A DNA stretch of 64,000 bases. It comes from Yuukianura sp. NJ FZ-2021. Its lineage: Eukaryota. The stretch covers positions 434,001 to 498,000 of the forward strand of contig JAJCTO010000011.1 of NCBI GenBank assembly GCA_046563655.1, read 5' to 3'. A program made the position numbers and the translations under genes. Below are positions 1 to 12,266 of this stretch, in pieces; position 1 is the first letter of the stretch, and every line of letters starts with the position of its first letter. A model generated the notes under the pieces. It made no database searches, was not told the origin of the DNA, and saw only the letters and a list, made by a program, of their open reading frames with translations.

Positions 1-2076
<2,076 letters not shown>

Positions 2077-2634
2077 AATGCAACGAAAATAATCTCGATA
2101 GCATAATACTCGTTCCGCAGGCTGGTTTCAAGTCAATACAATTCATTATCACACATATTAGCGGCATTAGGTCATTCGCTGAGTAGTATCCGGGAATGAG
2201 CCACCGCAGTTTTGCACATTAAAATAAAAAATATAAAACAGTTACCAATAGCCAACTAAAAATGTCCAATTTTTGGGTACATTCGATTTTAGTACAAAAG
2301 GTTTACAATATCTGAAACTCTTCACCGAAACAGTCATTGGTCGCAGTTTATTTCATCAATTTAATTGCAACTTAGCTTGGATTCAACGTTCTGGGAATGT
2401 CGAATTTTAAACAGAAGAAAAAACTTAATAATACGGAATTAGATCTTATTTTGCAGAAAGTCAATAGGTCATGACACCTATGCTAAATAATTAGTGAATA
2501 ATTACATCTTGACGCGATATCGGAAAGAACCTTCCTCACTCAAAACAAGTTGATTTTTGATTGATGCAGTCAGATTGTCCAGCCCAGTGACGTCTCTTCC
2601 TGGGAATACTGGAACCGGTGTGCCGTGGAATGAC

Positions 2635-3439
2635 CTATTGGGTGCTCCTCATTTTTCCAGGAACGTAGTTCTTGTCGATGATTGGTTCTTGTAAGAAGAT
2701 GTGCAGACACTTTTCATTCTGTGCCAACGGATGACCCGCAATTCTGAAACAAATTAAGAAACGGACAAGGAAATCAGCAGTGTCAACGTTCCACGCTGGG
2801 ACGAAATGAAATAACACAAGAGAAGATTCCTACTTGTTGATAAATATTTCAAGCCCCTTTCTACGTTCCTCGATAAAATCGTCGTCATAAATGCCTTCGT
2901 CAGACCTGAAAACAAACACAAAATAAGCTTCCCAAAAACCAAGAATTTAGAAAAGTCACCTGAAGGGTAGTTGTCGCTTCCATGCCTTCGAAGGAAGTGG
3001 AGGCACAACAATCTTCGAGTCTCGTTCCAGTTCACCCCTGAGCCACTCAAAATCGGAATAGCTGCATTAGGTAGAAAAACCGGTAAATGATAAATCATAT
3101 GCTGATCAACGACACGAGAACTGATTCGAACAGAACTCTAAAACTATGCTCACCGGCGTCTCACGGATGACTCTTTGACACGAAAAACAGGCAAGTTCGT
3201 CTGTACAAATAGAAATACGTTACAAAATATTTCTCAACTTGATTTCTTTTGTTCGGCATTTGTTCATACGACTGCTTGACGATTCATACCCTGAGACGCA
3301 CTTCGTAGTCAGTATAGCGCTTATTGCCAAGCCCATGAGTCATTGGGTTGACGATGTCAATTTCCAGGAAATTTGCCGGAGCTGCGTACGCGTCATCAAG
3401 CGTTTGCTTTTTTACATTCAAGCGCTTCGTGGCTTCCAT
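2635..3439 (-). CDS. SNX3: Sorting nexin 3/12 (PX-domain only), five coding exons
   Basis: Exons translate to MEATKRLNVKKQTLDDAYAAPANFLEIDIVNP..RYTDYEVRLR / TNLPVFRVKESSVRRR / YSDFEWLRGELERDSKIVVPPLPSKAWKRQLPFR / SDEGIYDDDFIEERRKGLEIFINK / IAGHPLAQNEKCLHIFLQEPIIDKNYVPGKMRSTQ*, with GT-AG junctions. Confidence 0.95.
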
Positions 3440-4087
3440 GATTTGAACAAGTTGCACACCTGTAGAAATGGAAACCAGAGTTATGACAAATTTTTTTGAA
3501 GAACTTTTTTTTTCGAATGGTATCTTTATCTAATAACTAAAAGTACTCTACTACCTCTGTAAAAGTACAACATATAAGTTACTAGTTGTAAAACCACCCT
3601 TGGCGATGAAGACAACGTTTTCGGTCGCTATTCGCTAAGTTTAGGAAATCAGTTGACCTTACCTCAAGCGTCAATCAGGGTTTTAAGCAGCACCAGATAA
3701 GAACAGATGATCGTCTTTCTTCTGCTTTCGCGATACCCGTTTAATCAATACCGTTTTTGTTTTGAACAACGGTAGGCTAGGTTAGGTAAAACACAATTGG
3801 CTAGCTTAGCCTTGCACTTCTTCAAAGTCCCAATTAAAATTCAGTTAACTTAAACGCAATGTTATTTCGTAGAAAGACAACCACAACCGTGGCCAGTAGT
3901 GTTCAAAATGAATGTTCATTTAATGAGTTGTGTGTGATACAAGAAGGTACGGAAAACACCTCTTTTCCTTTCTCATCTCGACCCAGTAACAAAAAATATA
4001 ACATTAGGTCTAAGAGTCTGACTAAAAGTCTGAACGAAGTGCAAAAACTGAAGTGCTATCGGAAGTGACTGTAACTTTGGGGAGTAA

Positions 4088-4548
4088 TGCTGGATTCACA
4101 TTACAAAGCAACTCGCAGACTTTCTGCTAGTTGCAAGTTGTCACAGTTTTCTGCTTTCTGCGAGTTGTGTGTTCACACTGGACCTTTTCTCGAGGCCCGA
4201 ATGATAAGGAAAGTCGCGGGCAGACGCGTCAAAGGAGGCACATCAAAAGGCGCGTTCTTATGTGAACACTTTCACTTTGGGAATAGGGGAAGACATGCAG
4301 TTTCTGCCTTTCAGCTTCGTTTGACGAAGCTCACAAAATCTTGTCTGCGCAACCCTTTTGGAGCAGATTTTCTGCCGCAGTTTTGTGAGTGTGAACAGCA
4401 GCCACAACTCCTTTCGGCAGAAAAAGCTGCCCGCAACTTTTGATAAAATTTTCTGCACATTCCAATCTCTAGTGTGAACGCGCATCAGCAGAGACCACCC
4501 AGAATTAGAGCAGAAATCTGCGAGTTGCGGTGTAATGTGAATCCAGCA
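4088..4548. mobile_element. PIF/Harbinger-type (Tourist-like) MITE
   Basis: ~40-bp imperfect TIRs TGCTGGATTCACATTACA..GCAACTCGCAGA / TCTGCGAGTTGC..TGTAATGTGAATCCAGCA, flanked by TAA at 4085-4087 and 4549-4551. Confidence 0.8.
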
Positions 4549-5052
4549 TAAGCCGGAGCGCGGATTAGGCGGATTCAGCGGATTACCGCGCACTTTACGA
4601 GGAAATGGGAATTATTGCGCACTATACTAGGAAAACGCGGATTCCGCGCACTATACAAGGAAAAAACGTAGTAGTACATTAGTGCTTGGGAAAAAACTAT
4701 CTCTTTATTTTGCCGTCCGAAGGTGAACCTACTATTCCGCTGATTCTTCTGACCTCTGATGTGGCAGTACTTTTTGGTTTACGGAAGTGGGAAATGATGG
4801 GATGTCACAAAAATAGCTTACCAATTCTTAGTCTTTCGTTTTTCACCATCGGGAAATGGTAAGAAGTCACCAGCGTAGAAAATACCCCTTTACTACTGTA
4901 TGAAATCTGAGTTAGGCATTAAGTTTTGCCTAGGATGTAGGAAAGTGGGAAACTGTGGGAAATCTCAGAAACGAGTTCCCAGTCTCCAGTTCATCAGCTC
5001 CCACCTTTGGAAAATCCTGAAAAGTCGATTGGGTTAACAGTGCCTTCCTCTT

Positions 5053-5241
5053 TACGTAAATGCTCTAATGCAAGCGCGCGCTTAGAGCAAATTTTCCGAT
5101 TTTGAGACGCGCTTCAATTAGAGTGACAATTTAATACCGTATTACGGTAAATACGGTATTAAATTGTCACTCTAATTGAAGCGCGTGTCAAAATCGGAAA
5201 ATTTCCTATAAGCGCGCGCCTGCATTAGAGCATTTACGGTA
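5053..5241. repeat. Near-perfect ~190-bp palindrome, probable Tc1/mariner(pogo)-type foldback MITE
   Basis: CGTAAATGCTCTAATGCA..GAGTGACAATTTAATACCGTATT is mirrored by AATACGGTATTAAATTGTCACTC..TGCATTAGAGCATTTACGG; TA at both ends. Confidence 0.7.
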
Positions 5242-6926
5242 AGCTTAAAATAAAAAATAACTTTAAACTTTTGAAAAATTTCGAAATTAAAAACATTTCC
5301 AGGATTTCCAATAAAAAAAAAGATCCAGAATTTATACCACCAAAACTTTTTTTTGTCTAAAAACAAAAGCATTTTCTAGAAAAAAAAACGCATAAAAGCA
5401 ACTTACTGAAACTTTTTTTTTCTAAAAATTTATCCAAATGTACGAAAAAGTTTTGATTATTTTAAGAAAACTGGCTGCGTGTGGTAGAAAATATGTTGAA
5501 CTCTTGGAAAAAATGAAAGAGTAAAAAAAACTCCTTCTGTTTTTCAAGTCCCTTCAATTTTTTTTCCTGAACTTTTCATTTTTGAAATTGAAGCCTTAAT
5601 TTGGCACGCAAGGGAGAAGGGCCCTTTGAAAATATTTTCGACTTCTGTCTGTGATGATTTTGAAGAGTGGCCACTCGACTGAAAGAATCTGTTGAACATT
5701 TCCAAGAACTTTTAGAGCGAAGAGGGCCATTGAAGGGGTCATTTGAGCAATTGACCCAGAAATTAAAAATTCAAACCGTTTGCTTCTGCTACCAAAACAC
5801 TTTTCTTACGCACGCAAATGCTTCAAAAATTCTCAAAACCCGAATTTTGAAAATTCTGGAGAAAAAGAAATTAAACAGTGCTGTTATGCCTTCCAATTCC
5901 ATGTTTTGTACCTAGAACCTGGTAGCTCAATGGTTAGAGCTCTTTCAGAATTATGGGTTCGCGTCCTACTATGTTGGTAATTTTTTCTCCACTGTGATTC
6001 CTTGTTTCTCAAGACATTTGAGCCATGAACTTCACATATAGTACATAATTGTAATCTCTTTGAAATTATTCTAACCACGAGGTTAGGGTTTTTTTTTTTT
6101 TAAATTTTTTTACGTTGTGTGAACTATTTGCATGTTGCACATTTTCCCAAATTCCTTCAATTATGTCTTTGGCAATCCAGTTATCCAGTTTTTTGATTGA
6201 TTCCGGACTGAGTTCTTCTTTCCATGAGTCTACTTTTCCTTTTCGAATGAAACCTGTTAATGGGTTGCCATGGACTTTTGCCAGCGGTTCATACGTGTGT
6301 TCTTTGTTCACTGTACAATTTTTTTTTCATTGAGTCGAAGCTCAGGTGCTCAACAAGTTTGTCAATTTGAGCATCCGTTTAACATTTTCCAAAAAATGAA
6401 GCTGTTTTCCTTACGACTGTCGGCAAATCCTTAAAATATGAACAGTTCAACTTTTTTACATAAATTTAGTTTGAAAAAACCTTGCCATATAGTTCATTTT
6501 AATTGTTTACTTTTTTCATTTCTTCGTAAGTTAGAAACAGAATGTTGGATTCGTTACGGCGGGGCCAGAAATCGCGGAGGTAAGGCCAATACGGCAAATG
6601 CAACCCTGAAAAAAAATTCATATTTGAAAAATTTCATATTCAGCATTTGAAAAAGTGAGCGAAACTGGGACCACTGCATGGCAACAATGTAGAATTTTTT
6701 TGCTTTTACCGTAATCAGCTAAATATTCTTCAATAAACTCATCTATGGTCCCCTCCCGGTGTTTTATTTTAGGCCGAATTCATGTCTAGTGAACTCTCTC
6801 TCCTCAAACTAGACATAGCGTGTGTAGATTGGTTCCTGTCGGTTGACCTGTGCCTAAACATTTGGACACGATGTGGGTCTCCTACTATTTTTCAGACTCC
6901 AGTAGACATGAATTCGACACAGAAAA

Positions 6927-7486
6927 TATGAGGCTTGAGCAGTGCCTCTCTGCACTGCTCCAGCCTCACAATGAAATAAACAAAAACAAACCCAAAACCG
7001 ATGATCTTTGTGGCTACGATTTATTTTAAATCGTAGCGAACGAAACAAACAAACCCTAACTAAATACAAAGGAGCCCTTGTGGCTAAACTAACGGGCCTT
7101 AAGGGCCATAACCAACCGAAATGCGGATCCGGGGGAAGGGAGGCCAATCACTGGCCACAACAAGCCAATCACTGGCTACGGCCAATCACTGGCCACCACA
7201 AGCCAATCACTGGCTAGGCCAATCACTGGCCACACGCTGATCTGACCTGGTTGACCTCCAGTTGACCGGGGAAGCAGACTTGTGGCTGGACGGAGCAAGG
7301 CAGAGCTGTTGACGGCGTGGCTGCTGCATGAGAAGTGCTGCTGGGTTCTTCTGTCGGCTCTGCCGACTCCAAAAGGAGAGGGAGACAGGGGACAAACACT
7401 TATGGGCATTCGCCCTAACTAACTAATTTAGTTTTAATTAATCTAAACACTTAAACTAACTCTCCTATGAGGCCCTTGACCTCATA
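6927..7486 (-). repeat. 3' LTR of Gypsy element
   Basis: TATGAGG...CCTCATA; no differences seen by eye from 13882-14441. Confidence 0.95.
7142..7232. promoter_or_regulatory. Five tandem GCCAATCACTGGC (CCAAT-box) repeats in the LTR; second copy at 14097-14187
   Basis: Direct reading; matches the RRCCAATCA NF-Y-type consensus. Confidence 0.6.
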
Positions 7487-7500
7487 TCACCCCCTCCGCG
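7487..7500 (-). other. Polypurine tract of Gypsy element
   Basis: CGCGGAGGGGGTGA on the minus strand, immediately before the 3' LTR. Confidence 0.75.
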
Positions 7501-7822
7501 CCATGAAGCGTTGCTCCAAGGTTTGGACGAGGGCTAAACTTAGCTCTAGTATGAACAAAACAAAAAAAATATTTGCAAACTGAAAAACAGAGAAAGAAAC
7601 TAAGCCAATGGAACCGACTATAAACAAAATTGGCAAACTAAACTAAACAATTGGAATTGACTATAGGCAAAATTGACAAAAACTAGTAACTATCAAGAAA
7701 CAATGGAAAAATGAACAAAAATTTGCAGAAAACAAGAAATAATTTTGGAAATGGTGCTGAAGGCACTTAACTAAGGGGCTCTAGCCCCAGCTTAACTAGC
7801 AGTAAACACAAGATCGTCGTTT

Positions 7823-8413
7823 TTAAGGCTGTCGAGCATAACGGGGATTGAATTTCTTGTTGGTCTTGAATCTGTTCTGTCTTCGGACAGTACAGGTTCC
7901 CGCAAAATGGCCGTATTGGCGGCAACGAAAACAACGAGGTGCCGGCTGCGCTGGAGGCGGAGGAGGAGGCGGCGGAGGAGCCCTTGGAGGTAATGGAGGA
8001 GGAGGAGGCGGAGGTGGCGGTGGCGGTGGAGCCCTTGGCGGTTCTGGAGGAGGAACTGGACGACTCTGGACTGTCACTACAAGGTCTGGAAGTGCTTCCG
8101 GTGACGGAGGAGAAGGAGATCGTGGGCGACTCCAAAAATAAATGCTCGGGGCATACTTCTCGCGCAGAACCGAGTCCAAATGCATGAGTTTGCTCGTCGT
8201 GAGTCCAGTTTTATGCCAATTCGTAGGAATAGCAAGGAGGATAGCGGGATTTAAGTTCCGTTTCGCGTAATGAACGATTTCTTTGTCCGAAGGCTGACGA
8301 TTCAGTAGGCTTTTCAACTTCGCAATCAGTCGGAGCAGGAAATCCTTAACTTTTTCGCCTTCCCATTGAGGAAAATTTAATTTTTCTTTGACTGAACGTT
8401 GTTGAGAAGCCAT
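7823..8413 (-). CDS. Gypsy ORF3: Gag-like protein (capsid-CTD-like segment, polyproline tract, CCHC zinc knuckle)
   Basis: 196 aa; QWEGEKVKDFLLRL (MHR-like), long Pro runs, CFRCRQYGHFAGTC and a basic tail. Pyrimidine tract plus CAG ends 1 nt before the ATG. Confidence 0.8.
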   Translation of the reverse strand: MASQQRSVKEKLNFPQWEGEKVKDFLLRLIAKLKSLLNRQPSDKEIVHYAKRNLNPAILLAIPTNWHKTGLTTSKLMHLDSVLREKYAPSIYFWSRPRSPSPPSPEALPDLVVTVQSRPVPPPEPPRAPPPPPPPPPPPPLPPRAPPPPPPPPPAQPAPRCFRCRQYGHFAGTCTVRRQNRFKTNKKFNPRYARQP

Positions 8414-8441
8414 ACTGAAAACAACAGAAAAGAAACGAAAA

Positions 8442-11400
8442 TCAGTGAACTGTATTACGACTACGCAAATTGTAATTGCTAACGATAGGCTCAGGCTTAG
8501 TTTTTGGGACTTTAGAAGGCGGTACAGGCGCTGAAATGATCGCTGAAGGTCTCGAAAAGTATCGTTTCAGGTTTACGATGTTATGACGACCTGCCGATTC
8601 GTCGGAATCGCAGAAACTCAGGCCGTAAACTAAGTCAGTGACCTTTTCAGAAATCATATAAGGGCCTTCCCACTTAAACGCAAATTTCTTCATGTAACCC
8701 CTGGCCTTGTCCGACTTCTCGTGAGTACGCAAAAGTACCAAATCGCCAAGTTGAAACGCATCTGAACGACGATGCTTATTATAATGTTTTGCTTGCGACG
8801 CTTGAGCTTTTTCTAAATTCTCTCGCGCTAAACGGTAAACTTTGGAAAGACGCTCGATCAAGGTGAGTTGATACTGCGTCCACTCAGCAAAATCGTCGTT
8901 TTCAGAGGCGTCAAGTGCAAGATCAAAGGGAGTTGACAATTCGCGACCAAAATTAAGCATGGAAGGGCTAAAACCCGTAGAATCAGAAATTGCGGTGCGT
9001 AGAGCCATGGCAACCTCCGGAAGATTTTCGTCCCACTTCGAGTGCTTACGCGCGACATAGGCGCGAAGAATAGCGATGACATTACGATTTACGCGCTCCG
9101 TGATATTTGCTTGCGGATGATAAGTCGAAGTGTACTTTAATTTGACGTTCCATGTTTTGCAAAGCTTTTTGAAAAGATCGGAAGTGAATTGGGAACCGTT
9201 ATCGCTTAATAAGGCTCTGGGACGTCCGAAACGGCAAAAAATTTCCTGCTCGACTTTTTTAATGATCAGAGAAGTGGTAGCTTCTCTGATTGGGAATAAC
9301 TCAACCCATTTAGTAAAATGATCAGTGACCACAAGCAAGAAAGTATTTTGACGCTGTGTTTTTGTAAGGGGCCCAACTAAATCCAATGCGAGCATGTCCC
9401 AAGGACCTCGAGTCTGAACACTTTGCAATTCACCAACCGGTTTGGAAGTAGGATTCTTAGTACGCTGACAAATGTCGCAAGACTGAACAAACTTATAAAT
9501 GTCTTCGTGCATACCGAACCAAAAGACGCGCCTTAAGAGACGATAGAGCGTTTTGCGAAAACCCATGTGACCTGACTCTGGTCTATCATGAAAATAGCTC
9601 AAAACCTGAGAACGTAAAGAACTTGGAATGAAAGGGAGCTTTCCAGCGTACTTTCCTAAGCGATAAAGGACCCCGTCGTGCACTACGAAGTCTTTACCAA
9701 TGTCCGTTAGCAGCGCTTGGACTTCTAAGTCTTTACTTTGCTCTTCTTTGAGCTGATCCAATGAAATTTCGCTTGTAAGTGAAAGAAAAATGGCGGGTGA
9801 AGAACAATTTAATGGAAAATTAAGTTTTTCTCTGTGATCTTCACAATCCTCGCTTTCTCCCACGGGAGCTCTTGACAGTGCGTCTGCGACAACGTTAAGT
9901 TTACCGGGACAATGCGTTATAATGGGCTGAAAGTCCTGAATCCTAAGTGCCCACCGTGTAAACTTACTGTTGACGTCTTTCATTTTGTCTAACCAAACCA
10001 AAGCTTTATTGTCAGTCTCAAGGCGAAAACGTTGACCGTCAATGTAATGTTCAAATTTCTTTAACGCAAACAAAATGCCAACACACTCAATTTCGCTTGA
10101 ACCGTAATTTTTCTCAGCGTTATTCAAAGAGCGACTCGCAAAAGCAATGGGACGTTCAAAACCGTTAACCTCCTGTGCTAAAACCGCGGATACTCCGATT
10201 CGTGACGCGTCCGTCCGAATAATAAATTCGTTAGAGAAATCCGGGAAAGCCAAAACCAAATTATCCGAACAAATAGCTGCTCTGAGCTTTAAAAAGGCAG
10301 ACTCCTGCTCATCTGACCAAACAAAAGAAACATCCTTGTGCAATAAACGGTTCAAGGGCTCACTCAGCTCCGAAAACCTGTCGACAAACTGCCGATACCA
10401 TGAACAAAGACCAAGAAATTGACGTACTTGTTTAGGCGTCGTCGGCCTGGGAAACTCCGAAACAGCAGAAATCTTTTCCGGATCTCTCTCAATTCCATTT
10501 GGAGAGACAATGTAACCTAAGTACTTAAGAGTAGTTTTGCCAAACTCGCATTTTTGCATATTTACAGTGAGCCCGGCAGAACTCAATCTCTCAAAAACGT
10601 ATTTGAGATGCTCTAGATGTTCTTTCCAAGAACTTGAATAGACGATGATGTCGTCTATGTAACCGTCAGCAAAGCGACCTCGCGCTGTACCCAAAATTTT
10701 ATTTACAAGACGTTGAAAAAGAGAAGGGGCTGACTTTAAACCAAAAGGCATCCGAGTAAACTGAAACTTTCCTTCATGACAAATGAAGGCAGTGTACTTG
10801 GCACTGTTTGGGTCCATGGCGACTTGCCAGTAGCCCTTTTTCAAATCAATAACCGAAAGAAACTTAGCTTGACCTAAGTTGTGAAAAAGGTAATCTAATC
10901 TAGGAATAGGAAACGGATCATGAGGAAGGCGAGCATTTACTTTTCGCAAATCTAAAGTAAACCTCCATGACTGACCTTTGTCTTTGGTATGCATATATAC
11001 AGGGGAAGCCCACTCAGAATCAGAAGGTTCAATGACTCCCAGTTTCAACATTTCCGAAATGTTGTCTGAAATGAGTTGGCGTTTGAAAGGACTCACAGGA
11101 TAGGGTTTTGAGGAAATGGGAGGTCCGGGAGACGGTGTCAACTCACACTTGACCCAATCAGTTTGGCCTAACTGAGAGGAGAAAAGTGATGGGAAACTAT
11201 CGGTCAAGCTCTTAAGTTCCTGAGTTTGCGTGTCACTGAGGCCAAGCAGTGCACACAAATACTCACGGTTTTGAAAATCGTACTCAAGTCGACCTCTTGT
11301 TTTAGTTCCGAGAATAGAAAAAGTACCGTCATGAAAATCTGGGACCAAATGGTAATTCCGAATAAAGTCAAGTCCGAGAATAATAGGAAACGGCGGAGAC

Positions 11401-11792
11401 TGGAGCACATGGACTGTTTGAATGTATTCGTCCGTATAAATTTTGAAATGTAGCTCACAAGTTCCGGAAGTACTGATTGTACTGGAGTCACCGATCGTTA
11501 ATTGAATTTGCCCTTGCTTAATCACCAAACCGAGTTGTTTAGCCAAAGAAGCAGAAATAATCGAATAAGTAGACAATGAATCTAAATGGGCAGAATGAAT
11601 GGAATGTCTGATTTTTAATTTAATGGTGGGAGCTGCTTTTGAAAAATCCGATTTTGGAAGGCTAGGGAACTCCCGTCCTACCTTCCTTGTAGGTTTGGCG
11701 GATTTGGAACTCTCTGTGGAAGAGAATAGACAGTAACTTCTACTCCCTTCATGCATAGCTCCACAAAAATAATGTGAGCGATGATGTTCCAC
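8442..11792 (-). CDS. pol: Gypsy Pol polyprotein (protease, RT, RNase H, integrase)
   Basis: LDSLSTYSII (protease site), ILGLDF, DLKKGYWQV, MPFGLKSAP, YIDDII, TDASRIGVSAVLAQ, H..GHMG..CDIC, LDLVGP / SDNGSQF / TERVNR (DDE) and WEGPY. Uninterrupted frame. Confidence 0.97.
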   Translation of the reverse strand: MEHHRSHYFCGAMHEGSRSYCLFSSTESSKSAKPTRKVGREFPSLPKSDFSKAAPTIKLKIRHSIHSAHLDSLSTYSIISASLAKQLGLVIKQGQIQLTIGDSSTISTSGTCELHFKIYTDEYIQTVHVLQSPPFPIILGLDFIRNYHLVPDFHDGTFSILGTKTRGRLEYDFQNREYLCALLGLSDTQTQELKSLTDSFPSLFSSQLGQTDWVKCELTPSPGPPISSKPYPVSPFKRQLISDNISEMLKLGVIEPSDSEWASPVYMHTKDKGQSWRFTLDLRKVNARLPHDPFPIPRLDYLFHNLGQAKFLSVIDLKKGYWQVAMDPNSAKYTAFICHEGKFQFTRMPFGLKSAPSLFQRLVNKILGTARGRFADGYIDDIIVYSSSWKEHLEHLKYVFERLSSAGLTVNMQKCEFGKTTLKYLGYIVSPNGIERDPEKISAVSEFPRPTTPKQVRQFLGLCSWYRQFVDRFSELSEPLNRLLHKDVSFVWSDEQESAFLKLRAAICSDNLVLAFPDFSNEFIIRTDASRIGVSAVLAQEVNGFERPIAFASRSLNNAEKNYGSSEIECVGILFALKKFEHYIDGQRFRLETDNKALVWLDKMKDVNSKFTRWALRIQDFQPIITHCPGKLNVVADALSRAPVGESEDCEDHREKLNFPLNCSSPAIFLSLTSEISLDQLKEEQSKDLEVQALLTDIGKDFVVHDGVLYRLGKYAGKLPFIPSSLRSQVLSYFHDRPESGHMGFRKTLYRLLRRVFWFGMHEDIYKFVQSCDICQRTKNPTSKPVGELQSVQTRGPWDMLALDLVGPLTKTQRQNTFLLVVTDHFTKWVELFPIREATTSLIIKKVEQEIFCRFGRPRALLSDNGSQFTSDLFKKLCKTWNVKLKYTSTYHPQANITERVNRNVIAILRAYVARKHSKWDENLPEVAMALRTAISDSTGFSPSMLNFGRELSTPFDLALDASENDDFAEWTQYQLTLIERLSKVYRLARENLEKAQASQAKHYNKHRRSDAFQLGDLVLLRTHEKSDKARGYMKKFAFKWEGPYMISEKVTDLVYGLSFCDSDESAGRHNIVNLKRYFSRPSAIISAPVPPSKVPKTKPEPIVSNYNLRSRNTVH

Positions 11793-12181
11793 CTTCCACG
11801 AGACAAACCCACACCAATTTCCGGCATGTGAACAGCGGCTCCAGTCTCAAGAGCGCGTTTACAAACTGTCCGAAGCGCTACATGCAGAGCGTCATAATCA
11901 ATGGGGACTGGTTCCTTGGGATGTCCCTGGGCCACCATATTTGCAACTTCAAGATTTTGAGAAACCGGAATGAATTGAACAAAACCTTTTTGAATTGGAG
12001 CTTGGAGTTTCTTGTACTCTAACTCTGGAGCTTTAAATGCTTTGGAAAGAGAAAGAACAAAACCTTTTCCCCAAAAACCTTGATCATTGCAAATATGAGC
12101 CAAAATACCGCGCTTGGAATTTAAATTTGGTTGAGTAGCGTCACCGATAACGTACTGAATTTTAGTTTGTTTTGGAATCAT
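11678..12181 (-). CDS. Macrodomain protein (ALC1/TARG1/SCO6735-like class; putative ADP-ribosylhydrolase); reading frame stays open upstream to 12412
   Basis: IQYVIGDATQP..ILAHICNDQGFWGKGFVLSLS..VANMVAQ..IDYDAL..AVHMPEIGVGLSRGRW..GVEVTVY: complete macrodomain motif set. ATG at 12181 in GCCATG context. Confidence 0.88.
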   Translation of the reverse strand: MIPKQTKIQYVIGDATQPNLNSKRGILAHICNDQGFWGKGFVLSLSKAFKAPELEYKKLQAPIQKGFVQFIPVSQNLEVANMVAQGHPKEPVPIDYDALHVALRTVCKRALETGAAVHMPEIGVGLSRGRWNIIAHIIFVELCMKGVEVTVYSLPQRVPNPPNLQGR

Positions 12182-12266
12182 GGCAGAAAAAACTGGATCC
12201 GAATTGGGAGAATTAAATGAAGACGGAAGAGCGACCTTCTCCTCTGAGTCACTCCTCCTTAACCTT

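Noticed and set aside
6854..7409. Short ORFs within the LTRs (duplicated at 13821-14364)
   Set aside because: By-products of LTR sequence and its tandem repeats; no recognisable motifs.
7767..8187. Gly-, Glu- and Ser-rich ORFs overlapping ORF3
   Set aside because: Alternative-frame or antisense shadows of the polyproline codons.
7823..8413. ORF3 as an envelope gene
   Set aside because: No signal peptide, furin site or transmembrane anchor; it has a nucleocapsid knuckle instead.
11678..12181. Bacterial contamination as the source of the macrodomain
   Set aside because: It is embedded seamlessly, overlapping pol, in an LTR element nested in an intron-containing eukaryotic locus.
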